Shown here piece by piece: positions 40,005-53,000 of a stretch of DNA of 64,000 nt. Within the stretch, counting starts at the first letter, position 1. Every line of letters starts with the position of its first letter. The notes under the pieces are model-generated. The model worked only from the letters and a program-made list of their open reading frames with translations. It was not told where the DNA came from and searched no databases. The translations under genes and the position numbers were made by a program. Origin of the DNA: Squalus acanthias (Eukaryota); assembly GCA_030390025.1 (NCBI GenBank), contig CM059431.1:152336001-152400000 (forward strand), written 5' to 3'.

Positions 40005-40401
40005 CTGCTTTTAACAATGAATAAAACACTTAAGTTTACACTTAAAAGCAGTGACATCAGAAAATACCCCAATCAAAAGAATCATGCGTTTACTTGCAAC
40101 GGTTTAATATAGATTAAATAAATACTAGATTGTAATAGATTTCAAAATTCAGGTGCTGTGACAAATATGCAACACATATTAAGCAGTTTTATTGAGACAA
40201 CAGGGAAGAGCAGCTTGAAATGCAGGTGTTTCTTGGGGCTGCATCAACATAGAAATTACCATCTCGAAACTACAGCTCAATGTATTTAAAGCACAGCCAC
40301 CGTGACAAATCTTTAAATTACGTTAATGAGATGAGCATGAACGGTTTGTGCTTCAGGGGGTAACGTGAAAGATGGAATTGAGAATTTGGATATAAAAGCA
40401 G

Positions 40402-40474
40402 CGTTCGTACAGGAACTTGAACCCTGCAACCTCAGGATAAAAGCTTGATGTTTCACCGACTGAGCTATCGGGGC
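40402..40474 (-). pseudogene. Degenerate tRNA-Lys(UUU) copy (paralog of 13198-13269)
   Basis: Reverse complement reads gccccgatagctcagtcggtgaaacatcaagcttttatcctgaggttgcagggttcaagttcctgtacgaacg. Confidence 0.72.
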
Positions 40475-40499
40475 TCGCGCCTTTTTCTTATATCACAGC

Positions 40500-42520
40500 G
40501 TCTTTCAGTTGGTTTCACCTAACTTGGCAGAGAGATGGGCACCATTATGTAGGAGTAGAATAGAGGAATAACTTGCATAAAAGAGTGAGTGTGTTGGAGA
40601 AGAAAGTAGTACGGGAGGCGGAAGTACTACCATATTAGTTAGTAGCAGATTAAGAAATCCTACAAAAAAATAAAAACTGATTTTAGAATGCATGTAAGTA
40701 AATGCAGAAGGCGTGATGAATAAGGTCGGTGAGCAATAAGCAGAATTAGTCGTGTGGCAAGATGATGTTGTGGCATAAATGGAAACGTGGCTTAAAAACG
40801 GCGAGGATAGGGCACTTGACATTCAAGGGTGCACGTTGTTCAGAAAAGACAGGGAAAGAAAAAATGGAGGTGGGGTGGCAGTGCTGCTGAAGGAAGACAT
40901 TGTAGTGGTGGAAAAGGAGGATGTTCTTGAGGCGACAAGGACATAATCCATTTTGTTGGAATTGAGGAGCAACACGGGTATGATCACGCTATTGGGGGCA
41001 TTCTACAGGCCTCCAAATAGAGAAAGGGAGGTAGAGGAGCAAATCTGCCGGTATATCGCAGAGATATGCAAGAGCTGTAATGTGGTCATATTGGGCGGCT
41101 TTAATTACCCACATATCGATTGGGATGATGCTAGGCTAAAGGGAAAGGTGGGGGAGGAATTTCTGAAATGTGTTCAGGAGATTTTCCTTTACCAGTATGT
41201 TTTTGGCTCAACTAGGGATGAGGCATTGCTGGATCTGGTGCTGGGGAATGAGGTGGGACAGGTCGACCAAGTGTCTGTGGGAGAACACTTGGGGCCGAGT
41301 GATTATTACATCATAAGTTTTCGATTAGCAATGGAATGGAGCAAGGAACAATCTGGAGTGGAACTTCTAAACTGGATTAGGGCTCTCTTCAATGGGCTGT
41401 GAAAAGTTCTGACCAGGGTAAGGCTGACAGGAAAAAGTTTACGGGATCAAGGGTTATCTTAAAGGAGGAGATGTTCGAAGTACAGGCTACGTACATTCCA
41501 ACAAGAGGGAAGGGTAAGGGTAGCAAAGCAAGGACTCCTTGGATGACGAGGGAGATAGAGAAGATGATGAAATAGAAAAAGAGGTTTTATGATGCATATC
41601 AGGTGAATTCTTCAAGGAGGAAGGAGACCAAATACAATAAGTTGAGAGTGGAAGTGAAGATGAAAATAAGATTGGCAAAGAGAGAATATGAGAATAGAAT
41701 GGCGGTTAACATAAAAGGGAGCCCAAAAATCTTCGATTTGCTTGTAAAGAGTAAGTGGTACGAAGAGGCGGGGTAGGGCCTATTAGAGACAAAGAAGGCG
41801 ATATATGCTTAGAGGCGCTGGACAAGGCTAGAATACTCAATGAGTACATTGTATTGGTGTTTACTAAAGAGATGGATGTTGACACAATATCGGTAGAAGT
41901 GGTAAAGTTATAAGCAATGGAATGATTGCGAATTGATCAACATAATGTACAAGAAAGGCTGGGTATATTTATAGTGGAAAAGACACCTGGTCAAGAAAGT
42001 TTGCATCCCAGGTTGCTAAGGGAATTACGGGAGGAGATAGCGGTAAGGTTTACCTTCATTTCCCAGTCTTCCCTAGATGTAGAGGATGTGCCTGAAGTTT
42101 GGGGAGTGGCAAATGTGACACCATTGTTCAAGAAAGGGTGTACGGAGAATCCTAGTAGCTACAGGCCGGTCAGTTTAACATCATTGGCGGGTCAAGTTTT
42201 AGAAACAATAATCAAGGAAAAATTAACAGGCACTTGGAGAGGTTTAAGCTAATTAAGGAGAGCCAACACGGATTTTTAAAAGGCTGATCTTGTTTGACGA
42301 ATCTAATGGAATTATTTAATGTAGTAACATAGAGGATTGATGAAGGGAATACATTGGATGTTGTCTACATAGATTTTCAGAAGGCGCTTGACAAAGTGCC
42401 AGAATGGTTCCGGGAAAGGGGAATCTTATCTAAAAGGACAGGTTTTGTTTTTATTAGTGCAAAGGAGGTTCAGGGCTGATTTGATAGTGGTGTACAAGAG
42501 TATGACGGTTTGGATAGGCT
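40500..42520 (+). mobile_element. Old CR1 LINE ORF2 (paralog of 13300-17280)
   Basis: GAFYRPPN, GFNYPHIDW, ALLDLVLGNE and YRPVSLTS peptides. Confidence 0.82.
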
Positions 42521-42687
42521 AGAAACGATTATGTACACCCGGGGAAAGCAGCAGACATCAAACACACCGCACAAAATTGAAGAAATATTTCCTGAAACCT
42601 GTTCATTTTCGCAACAATAATCTCGTTTGCGTCCCAACTGAAAGAAGGCCATTCTAAAACGGAACACTATCTGCAATTAAGCTCTAG

Positions 42688-43612
42688 TTAGGATAGGACG
42701 CTCCGGTTTGATCTTCATATTTTGTTATCCAAGTTCCGAATCAATGCCCAGGGAGATTTCACTAATCTCACAAGCTCTTCCCTGAATTTGGTTTGGGTCG
42801 CTGCATAAATGCACGTGTTTGTACAGGAGCTCAAATACATGAGCATATATCCGCTTGCAGCGGCGATGTATGCCTCAGATGTATAATCGGGTCGTTCAGA
42901 AATGATCAGGGAGTTAATCAAATAACTAACGGCAGCTGTCAGCCACAACAATATAAAACTGCTCGATACACTGAACAGTAAAATTATGGATTTCCTCCGG
43001 CTCGCCATCTCTGGATCGCTCTGATTCTCACTGCTGTGACCCCGGAGTCTTCTGCGGGCTCTACTGGCCACTAAAATCCGTCTGACTGTCAAACCATTAA
43101 ACAGTAATATCAAAGCAAAAGGAAGCCCTGCAGTTAAAAGAGTTTCTAACCAAACAAATGCTGTACCTGCAGGCGAGGTGAAAAAGTCAATTTTCAAGCG
43201 GCAACCCAAATATTCTCAATGATTCGTGCAGTTTCATATGCAAACGCATAGGGGATATTGTCCATCGAGAGCAGAACAGTGACCGTTGTTTTGACGGCGG
43301 CCGCAGTTCTCACTGTGCAATATTTCGATTTAACCTTCTCACAACTTATCGCGACATAGCGGTCAAATGTGAAGGTGACGGTAAACCACACGGACATATC
43401 GAGGACAGCAGCATTCAAGTATATAAGTAACCTACAGACGGTAGTGTAGCCGATGAATGAATGTGGAAAGTGATATGTAAAAACGCGGTGCAGCAGTACA
43501 TTGATGATCATGACCAGTAGATCTGCTATTGCCATGGCCACCATGTAGACCGAGATACCTTTGGAAAGACAGCATTTTCCTCTGGAGAGAATCACGATTG
43601 TCAGTAGGTTCG
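42688..43612 (-). pseudogene. GPR139-like GPCR pseudogene, exon 2 only
   Basis: Colinear with 17446-18374; net 4-nt deletion near 43208 splits the ORF; GGA>TGA stop at 42715-42717; acceptor retained; no exon 1 visible. Confidence 0.88.
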
Positions 43613-44086
43613 CTGTAAGAAAGAGGGACAAGCGGTCAGAAACGGGCACACTCGGATAAATCTCACCCCATATTGTGGGGAAATGTGCAGATGTGTACCT
43701 GTGCAGGCGGATTTTTAATTATATAAGAGATCGTTAAGGAAAAAGGGTTTCAAAATAAACATTGAACACTCAATATAGAGGGACTGAAAATCCGCCGCAC
43801 TTCCCTGCAGACTTCAGAAAGCCATCGTCAAAAATTAAATATAATTTCGCAGCACAAACTACAAAGATATGAATGTAAACGAACCATACAGTTGCGAGCA
43901 CATCATTGAATTTAGGTCGAAACTCTGCGCTTTTTCTATGTACAATCTCCCTGAAATGTGGTGGATTAGGGGGTCTGGGGTTGGGGATGGGGGGAACTGG
44001 GAGCTGGTCGGTAACAGAGCGGGAGCTGTTGGAGACGCGAAGGTTCTTTGCAGCCGAGGGGAGTGGAGCAGCTCCCTGAGCGGCAA

Positions 44087-47000
44087 CTGGGCGAGAAGTG
44101 AGTGGAGCAGCGAAGCTATTAAGCCTGCGGTATCCAGATGGCCACTCTTATTACAGTGGCGGACCTGGGCGAGAAGTGAGTGGAGCAGCGAGGCTATAAA
44201 GCCTGTGGTATCCAGGTAGGCCCCTCTTTTACAGCGGCGGACCTGGGCGAGAAGTGAGTGGAGCAGCGAGGCTATAAAGGCTGCGGTATCCAGGCAGGCA
44301 CATCTTTTACAGCGGCGGACATGGGCGAGAAGTGTGTGCAGCAGCGAGGCTATAAAGTCTGCGGTATCCAGGAAGGCCCCTCTTTTACAGCGGTGGATCT
44401 GGGCGAGAAGTGCGTGCAGCAGCGAAGCTATAAAGCCTGCGGTATCCAGGTAGTCCCCTTTTTTAGAGCGGCGGACCTGGGCGAGAAGTGAGTGGAGCAG
44501 CGAGGCTATAAAGCCTGCGGTATCCAGGTAGGCCCCTCTTTTACAGTGGCGGACCTGGGCGAGAAGTGAGTGGAGCAGCGAAGCTATAAAGTCTGCGGTA
44601 TCCAGGTAGGCCCCTCTTTTACAGCGGCGGATCTGGGCGAGAATTGAGTGGAGCAGCGAGGCTTTAAAGCCTGCGGTATCCAGGTAGGCCCCTCATTTAC
44701 AGCGGCGGACCTGGGCGAGAACTGTTTGGAGCAGCGAGGCTATAAAGCCTGCGGTATCCAGGTAGGGCCCTCTTTTACAACGGCGGACCTGGGCGAGAAG
44801 TGAGTAGAGCAGCGAGGCTATAAAACCTGCGGTATCCAGGTAGGCCCCTCTTTTACAGCGGCAGACCTGGGCGAGAAGTGAGTGGAGCAGCAAGGCTATA
44901 AAGCCTGCGGTATCCAGGTAGGCCCCTCTTTTACAGCGGCGGACCTGGGCGAGAATTGAGTGGAGCAGCGAGGCTAAAAAGCCTGCGGTATCCAGGTCTG
45001 CCCCTCTTTTACAGCGGTGGAGCTGGGCGAGAAGTGAGTGAAGCTGCGAGGCTATAAACCCTGCGGTATCCAGGTAGGCCCCTCTTTTACAGCGGCGGAC
45101 GTGCGCGAGTAGTGAGTGTAGCAGCGAGGCTGTAAAACCTGCGGTATCCAGGTAGGCCCCTCTTTTACAGCGGCGGACCTGGGCGAGAAGTGAGTGGAGC
45201 AGCGAGGCTATAAAGCCTGCGGTATCCAGGTAAGGCCTCTCTTTTACAGCGGCGGACCTGGGCGAGAAATGTTTTGAGCAGCGAGGCTATAAAGCCTGCG
45301 GTATCCAGGTAGGCCCCTCTTTTACAGCGGCGGACCTGGGCGAGAAGTGAGTGGAGCAGCGAGGCTATAAAGCCTGCGGTATCCAGGTAGGCCCCTCCTT
45401 TACAGCGGCGGACCTGGGCGAGAAGTGTGTGCAGCAGCGAGGCTATAAAGCCTGCGGTATCCAGGTAGGACCCTCGTTTACAGCGGCGGACCTGGGCGAG
45501 AAGTGAGTGGAGCAGCGAGGCTATAAAGCCTGCGGTATCCAGGTAGGCCCCTCTTTTACAGCGGCGGACCTGGGCGAGAAGTGATTGGAGCAGCGAGGCT
45601 ATAAAGCCTGCGGTATCCAGGTAGGCCCCTCTTTTACAGCGGCGGACCTGGTCGAGAAGTGAGTGTAGCAGCGAGGCTATAAAGCCTGCGGTATCCAGGT
45701 AGGCCCCTCTTTTACAACGGCGGAACTGGGCGAGAAGTGAGTGGAGCAGCGAGGCTATAAAGCATGCAGTATCCAGGTAGGCCCCTCCTTTACAGCGGCG
45801 GACCTGGGCGAGAAGTGTGTGCAGCAGCGAGGCTATAAAGCCTGCGGTATCCAGGTAGGCCCCTCGTTTACAGCGTCGGACCTGGGCGAGAAGTGAGTGG
45901 AGCAGCGAGGGTATAAAGCCTCCGGTATCCAGGTAGGCCCCTCTTTTACAGCGGCGGACCTGGGCGAGAATTGAGTGGAGCAGCGAGGCTATAAAGCCTG
46001 CGGTACCCAGGTAGGCCCCTCTTTTACAGCGGCGGACCTGGGCGAGAAGTGTTTGGAGCAGCGAGGCTATAAAGCCTGCGGTATCCAGGTAGGCCCCTCT
46101 TTTACAGTGGCGGATCTGGGCGAGAAGTGAGTGGTGCAGCGAGGCGAAAAAGCCTGCGGTATCCAGGTAGGTTCCTCTTTAACAGCGGCGGACCTGGGCG
46201 AGAATTGAGTGGAGCAGCGAGGCTATAAAGCCTGCGGTATCCAGATAGGCCCCTCTTTTACAGCGGCGGACCTGGGCGAGAAGTGAGTGTAGCAGCAGAC
46301 CTATAAAGCCTGCGGTATCCAGGTAGGCCCCTCTTTCACAGCGGCGGACCTGGGCGAGAAGTGAGTGGAGCAGCGAGGCTATAAAGCCTGCTGTATCCAC
46401 GGCTGTCCCTCTTTTACAGCGGTGGAGCTGGGCGAGAAGTGAGTGAAGCTCCGAGGCTATAAACCCTGCGGTATCCAGGTAGGCCCCTCTTTTACAGCGG
46501 CGGACGTGGGCGAGTAGTGAGTGGAGCAGCGAGGCTATAAAGCATGCAGTATCCAGGTAGGCCCCTCCTTTACAGCGGCGGACCTGGGCGAGAAGTGTGT
46601 GCAGCAGCGAGGCTGTAAAGCCTGCGGTATCCAGGAAGGCCCCTCTTTTACAGCGGTGGACCTGGGCGAGAAGTGAGTGGAGCAGCGAGGCTATAAAGCC
46701 TGCGGTATCCAGGTAGGCCCCTCTTTTACAGCGGCGGACCTGGGCGAGAAGTGAGTGAAGCATGGAGGCTATAAAGCCTGCGGTATCCATGTAGGCCCCT
46801 CTTTTACAGCGGCGGACCTGGGCGAGAATTGAGTGGAGCAGCGAGGCTATAAAGCCTACGGTATCCAGGTAGGCCCCTCTTTTACAGCGGCGGACCTGGG
46901 CGAGAATTGAGTGGAGCAGCGAGGCTAAAAAGCCTGCGGTATCCAGGTAGGCCCCTCATTTACAGCGGCGGACCTGGGCGAGAAGTGTGTGCAGCAGCGA

Positions 47001-50000
47001 GGCTATAAAGCCTGCGGTATCCAGGTAGGCCCCTCGTTTACAGGGGCGGACCTGGGCGAGAAGTGAGTGGAGCAGCGAGGCTATAAAGCCTGCGGTATCC
47101 AGGTAGGCCCTTCTTTTACAGCGGCGGATCTGGGCAAGAAGTGAGTGGTGCAGCGAGGCTATAAAGCCTGCGGTACCCAGGTAGGCCCCTCTTTTACAGC
47201 GGCGGACCTGGACGAGAAGAGTTTGGAGCAGCGAGGCTATAAAGCCTGCGGTATCCATGTAGGCCCCTCTTTTACAGCGGCGGACCTGGGCGAGAAGTGA
47301 GTGGAGCAGCAGACCTATAAAGCCTGCGGTATCCAGGTAGGCCACTCTTTTACAGTGGCGGACCTGGGTGAGAAGTTAGTTGAGCAGCGAGGCTATAAAG
47401 CCTGCGGTATCCAGGTAGGCCCCTCTTTTACAGCGGCGGACCTGGGCGAGAAGTGAGTGGAGCAGCGAGGCTATAAAGCCTGCTGTATCCACGGCTGTCC
47501 CTCTTTTACAGCGGTGGAGCTGGGCGAGAAGTGTGTGCAGCAGCGAGGCTGTAAAGCCTGCGGTATCCAGGAAGGCCCTCTTTTACAGCAGTGGACCTGG
47601 GCGAGAAGTGAGTGGAGCTGCGAGGCTATAAAGCCTGCGGTATCCAGGTAGGCCCCTCTTTTACAGCGTTGGAGCTGGGCGAGAAGTCAGTGAAGCTGCG
47701 AGCCTATAAACCCTGCGGTATCCATGTAGGCCCCTCTTTTACAGCGGCAGACGTGGGCGAGTAGTGAGTGGAGCAGCGAGGCTATAAAACCTGCGGTATC
47801 CAGGTGGGCCCCTCATTTACAGCGGCAGACCTGGGCGAGAAATGAGTGGAGCAGCGAGGCTATAAAGCCTGCGGTATCCAGGTAGGCCCCTCTTTTACAG
47901 CGGCGGACCTGGGCGAGAATTGAGTGGAACAGCGAGGCTAAAAAGACTGCGGTATCCAGGTAAGCCCCTCTTTTACAGCGGCAGCCCTGGGCGAGAAGTG
48001 TGTGCAGCAGCGAGGCTATAAAGCCTGCGGTATCCAGGTAGGCCCCTCGTTTACAGTGGCGGAACTGGGCGAGAAGTGATTTGAGCAGCGAGGCTATAAA
48101 GCCTGCGGTATCCAGGTAGGCCCCTCTTTTACAGCGGCGGACCTGGGCGAGAAGTGAGTGGAGCAGCGAGGCTATAAAGCCTGCGGTATCCAGGTAGGCC
48201 CCTCTTTTACAGCGGCGGACCTGGGCGAGAAGTGTGTGGAGCAGCGAGGCTATAAATCCTGCGGTATCCAGGTAGGCCCCTCTTTTACAGTGGCGGACCT
48301 GGGCGAGAAGTGAGTGGAGCAGCGAGGCTATAAAACCTGCGGTATCCAGGTAGGCCCCTCTTTTACAGCGGCAGATCTGGGCGAGAAATGTTTTGAGCAG
48401 CGAGGCTATAAAGACTGCGGTATCCAGGTAGGCCCCTCTTTTACAGCGGCGGACCTGGGCGAGAATTGAGTGGAGCAGCGAGGCTATAAAGCCTGCGGTA
48501 TCCAGGTAGGCCCCTCTTTTACAGCGGCGGACCTGGGCGAGAAGTGTTTGGAGCAGCGAGGCTATAAAGCCTGCGGTATCCAGGTAGGCCCCTCTTTTAC
48601 AGCGGCGGATCTGGGCGAGAAGTGAGTGGAGCAGCGAGGCTATAAAGCCTGCGGTATCCAGGAAGGCCCCTCTTTTACAGCGGCGGACCTGGGCGAGAAT
48701 TGAGTGGAGCAGCGAGGCTAAAAAGCCTGCGGTATCCAGGTAAGCCCCTCTTTTACAGCGGCGGGCCCGAGCGACAAGTGTTTTGAGCAGCGAGGCTATA
48801 AAGACTGCGGTATCCAGGTAGGCCCCTCTTTTACAACGGCGGACCTGGGCGAGAAGTGAGTGGAGCAGCGAGGCGATAAAGCATGCAGTATCCAGGTAGG
48901 CCTCTCCTTTACTGCGGCGGACCTGGGCGAGAAGTGTGTGCAGCAGCGAGGCTATAAAGCCTGCGCTATCCAGGTAGGCCCCTCATTTACAGCGGCGGAT
49001 CTGGGCGAGAAGTGAGTGGTGCAGCGAGGCTATAAAGCCTGCGGTATCCAGGTAGGTCCCTCTTTTACAGCGGCGGACCTGGGCGAGAATTGAGTGGAGC
49101 AGCGAGGCTATAAAGCCTGCGGTATCCAGGAAGGCACCTCTTTTACAGCGGCGGACCTGGGCGAGCAGTGTTTGGAGCTGCGAGGCTATAAAGCCTGCGG
49201 TATCCAGGTAGGCCCCTCATTTACAGCGGCGGACCTGGGCGAGAAGTGAGTGGAGCAGCGAGGCTATAAAGCCTGCGGTATCCAGGTAGGCCCCTCTTTT
49301 ACAGCGGCGGACCTGGGCGAGAAGTGAGTGTAGCAGCGAGGCTATAAAGCCTGCGGTATCCAGGTAGGCCCTCTTTTACAGCGGCGGACCTGGGCGAGAA
49401 GTGAGTGGAGCAGCGAGGCTATAAAGCCTGCGGTATCCAGGTAGGCCCCTCTTTTACAGCGGCGGACCTGGGCGAGAAGTGTTTTGAGCAGCGAGGCTAT
49501 AAAGCCTGCGGTATCCAGGTAGGCCCTCTTTTACAACGGCGGACCTGGGCGAGAAGTGAGTGGAGCAGCGAGGCTATAAAGCATGCAGTATCCAGGTAGG
49601 CCCCTCCTTTACAGCGGCGGACCTGGGCGAGAAGTGTGTGCAGCAGCGAGGCTATAAAGCCTGCGGTATCCAGGTAGGCCCCTCGTTTACAGCGGCGGAC
49701 CTGGGCGAGAAGTGAGTGGAGCAGCGAGGTTATAAAGCCTGCGGTATCCAGGTAGGCCCCTCTTTTACAGCGGCGGACCTGGGCGAGAATTGAGTGGAGC
49801 AGCGAGGCTATAAAGCCTGCGGTACCCAGGTAGGCCCCTTGTTTACAGCGGCGGACCTGGGCGAGATGTGTTTGGAGCAGCGAGGCTATAAAGCTTGCGG
49901 TATCCAGTTAGGCCACTCTTTTACAGTGGCGGACCTTGGCGAGAAGTGAGTGGAGCTGCGAGGCTATAAAGCCTGCGGTACCCAGGTAGGTCCCTCTTTT

Positions 50001-53000
50001 ACAACGGCGGAGCTGGGCGAGAAGTGAGTGGAGCAGCGAGGCTATAAAGCATGCGGTATCCAGGTAGGCCCATCTTTTACAGCGGCGTACCTGGGCGAGA
50101 AGTGTGTGGAGCAGCGAGGCTATAAATCCTGAGGTATCCAGGTAGGCCACTCTTTTACAGCGGCGGACCTGGGCGAGAAGTGAGTGTAGCAGCGAGGCTA
50201 TAAAGCCTGCGGTATCCAGGTAGGTCCCTCTTTTACAGTGGCGGACCTGGGTGAGAAGTGAGTGGAGCAGCGAGGCTATAAAGCCTGCGGTATCGAGGTA
50301 GGCCCCTCTTTTACAGCGGCGGACCTGGGCGAGAAGTGAGTGGAGCAGCGAGGCTATAAAGCCTGCGGTATCGAGGTCTGCCCCTCATTTACAGCGGTGG
50401 AGCTGGGCGAGAAGTGAGTGAAGCTGCGAGGCTATAAACCCTGCGGTATCCATGTAGGCCCCTCTTTTACAGCGGCAGACGTGGGCGAGTAGTGAGTGGA
50501 GCAGCGAGTCCATAAAAGCTGCGGTATCCAGGTGGGCCCCTCATTTACAGCGGCAGACCTGGGCGAGAAGTGAGTGGAGCAGCGAGGCTATAAAGTCTGC
50601 GGTATCCAGGTAGGCCCCTCTTTTACAGCGGCGGACCTGGGCGAGAAGTGAGTGGAGCAGCGAGGCTATAAAGCCTGCGGTATCCAGGTAGGCCCCTCTT
50701 TTACAGCGGCGGACCTGGGCGAGAAGTGAGTGTAGCAGCGAGGCTATAAAGCCTGCGGTATCCAGGTAGGCCCCTCTTTTACAGCGGCGGACCTGGGCGA
50801 GAATTGAGTGGAACAGCGAGGCTAAAAAGACTGCGGTATCCAGGTAAGCCCCTCTTTTACAGCGGCAGCCCTGGGCGAGAAGTGTGTGCAGCAGCGAGGC
50901 TATAAAGCCTGCGGTATCCAGGTAGGCCCCACGTTTACAGTGGCGGAACTGGGCGAGAAGTGATTTGAGCAGCGAGGCTATAAAGCCTGCGGTATCCAGG
51001 TAGGCCCCTCTTTTACAGCGGCGGACCTGGGCGAGAAGTGAGTGGAGCAGCGAGGCTATAAAGCCTGCGGTATCCAGGTAGGCCCCTCTTTTACAGCGGC
51101 GGACCTGGGCGAGAAGTGAGTGTAGCAGCGAGGCTATAAAGCCTGCGGTATCCAGGTAGGCCCCTCTTTTACAGCGGCGGACCTGGGCGAGAAGTGATTT
51201 GAGCAGCGAGGCTATAAAGCCTGCGGTACCCAGGTAGGCCCCTCTTTTACAGCGGCGGACCTGGGCGAGAAGTGAGTGGAGCAGCGAGGCTATAAAGCCT
51301 GCGGTATCCAGGTAGGCCCCTCTTTTACAGCGGCGGACCTGGGCGAGAAGTGTGTGGAGCAGCGAGGCTATAAATCCTGCGGTATCCAGGTAGGCCCCCT
51401 TTTACAGCGGCGGACCTGGGCGAGAATTGAGTGGAGCAGCGAGGCTAAAAAGCTTGCGGTATCCAGGTAGGCCCCTCTTTTACAGCGGCGGACCTGGGCG
51501 AGAAGTGAGTGGAGCAGCGAGGCTATAAAGCCTGCGGTATCCAGGTAGGCCCCTCTTTTACAGCGGCGGACCTGGGCGAGAAGTGAGTGGAGCAGCGAGG
51601 CTATAAAGCCTGCGGTATCCAGGTAGGCCCCTCTTTTACAGCGGCGGAGCTGGGCGAGAAGTGAGTGGAGCAGCGAGGCTATAAAGCTTGCGGTATCCAG
51701 GTAGGCCCCTCCTTTACAGCGGCGGACCTGGGCGAGAAGTGAGTGGAGCAGCGAGGCTATAAAGCCTGCGGTATCCAGGTAGGCCCCTCTTTTACAGCGG
51801 CGGACCTGGGCGAGAAGTGAGTGGAGCAGCGAGGCTATAAAGCCTGCGGTATCCAGGTAGGCCCCTCTTTTACAGCGGCGGAGCTGGGCGAGAAGTGAGT
51901 GAAGCAGCGAGGCTATAAACACTGCGGTATCCAGGTAGGCCCCTCTTTTACAGCGGCGGACCTGGGCGAGAAGTGTGTGCAGCAGCGAGGCTATAAAGCC
52001 TGCGGTATCCAGGTAGGCCCCTCTTTTACAGCGGCGGACCTGGGCGAGAAGTGAGTGGAGCAGCGAGGCTATAAAGCCTGCGGTATCCAGGTAGGCCCCT
52101 CTTTTACAGCGGCGGACCTGGGCGAGAAGTGAGTGTAGCAGCGAGGCTATAAAGCCTGCGGTATCCAGGTAGGCCCCTCTTTTACAGTGGCGGACCTGGG
52201 TGAGAAGTGAGTGGAGCAGCGAGGCTATAAAGCCTGCGTTATCCAGGTAGGCCCCTCTTTTACAGCGCCGGACCTGGGCGAGAATTGAGTGGAGCAGCGA
52301 GGCTAAAAAGCCTGCGGTATCCAGGTCTGCTCCTCTTTTACAGCGGTGGAGCTGGGCGAGAAGTGAGTGAAGCTGCGAGGCTATAAACCCTGCGGTATCC
52401 ATGTAGGCCCCTCTTTTACAGCGGCAGACGTGGGCGAGTCGTGAGTGGAGCAGCGAGGCTATAAAACTTGCGGTATCCAGGTGGGCCCCTCATTTACAGC
52501 GGCAGACCTGGGCGAGAAGTGAGTGGAGCAGCGAGGCTATAAAGCCTGCGGTATCCAGGTAGGCCCCTGTTTTACAGCGGCGGACCTGGGCGAGAATTGA
52601 GTGGAACAGCGAGGCTAAAAAGACTGCGGTATCCAGGTAAGCCCCGCTTTTACAGCGGCAGCCCTGGGCGAGAAGTGTGTGCAGCAGCGAGGCTATAAAG
52701 CCTGCGGTATCCAGGTAGGCCCCTCGTTTACAGCGGCGGAACTGGGCGAGAAGTGATTGGAGCAGCGAGGCTATAAAGCCTGCGGTATCCAGGTAGGCCC
52801 CTCTTTTACAGCGGCGGACCTGGGCGAGAAGTGAGTGGAGCAGCGAGGCTATAAAGCCTGCGGTATCCAGGTAGGCCCCTCTTTTACAGCGGCGGACCTG
52901 GGCGAGAAGTGTGTGGAGCAGCGAGGCTATAAAGCCTGCGGTATCCAGGTAGGCCCCTCTTTTACAGCGGCGGACCTGGGCGAGAAGTGAGTGGAGCAGC

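Noticed and set aside
203..40474. Functional tRNA genes
   Set aside because: Every copy inspected has stem-breaking mismatches, indels or truncation.
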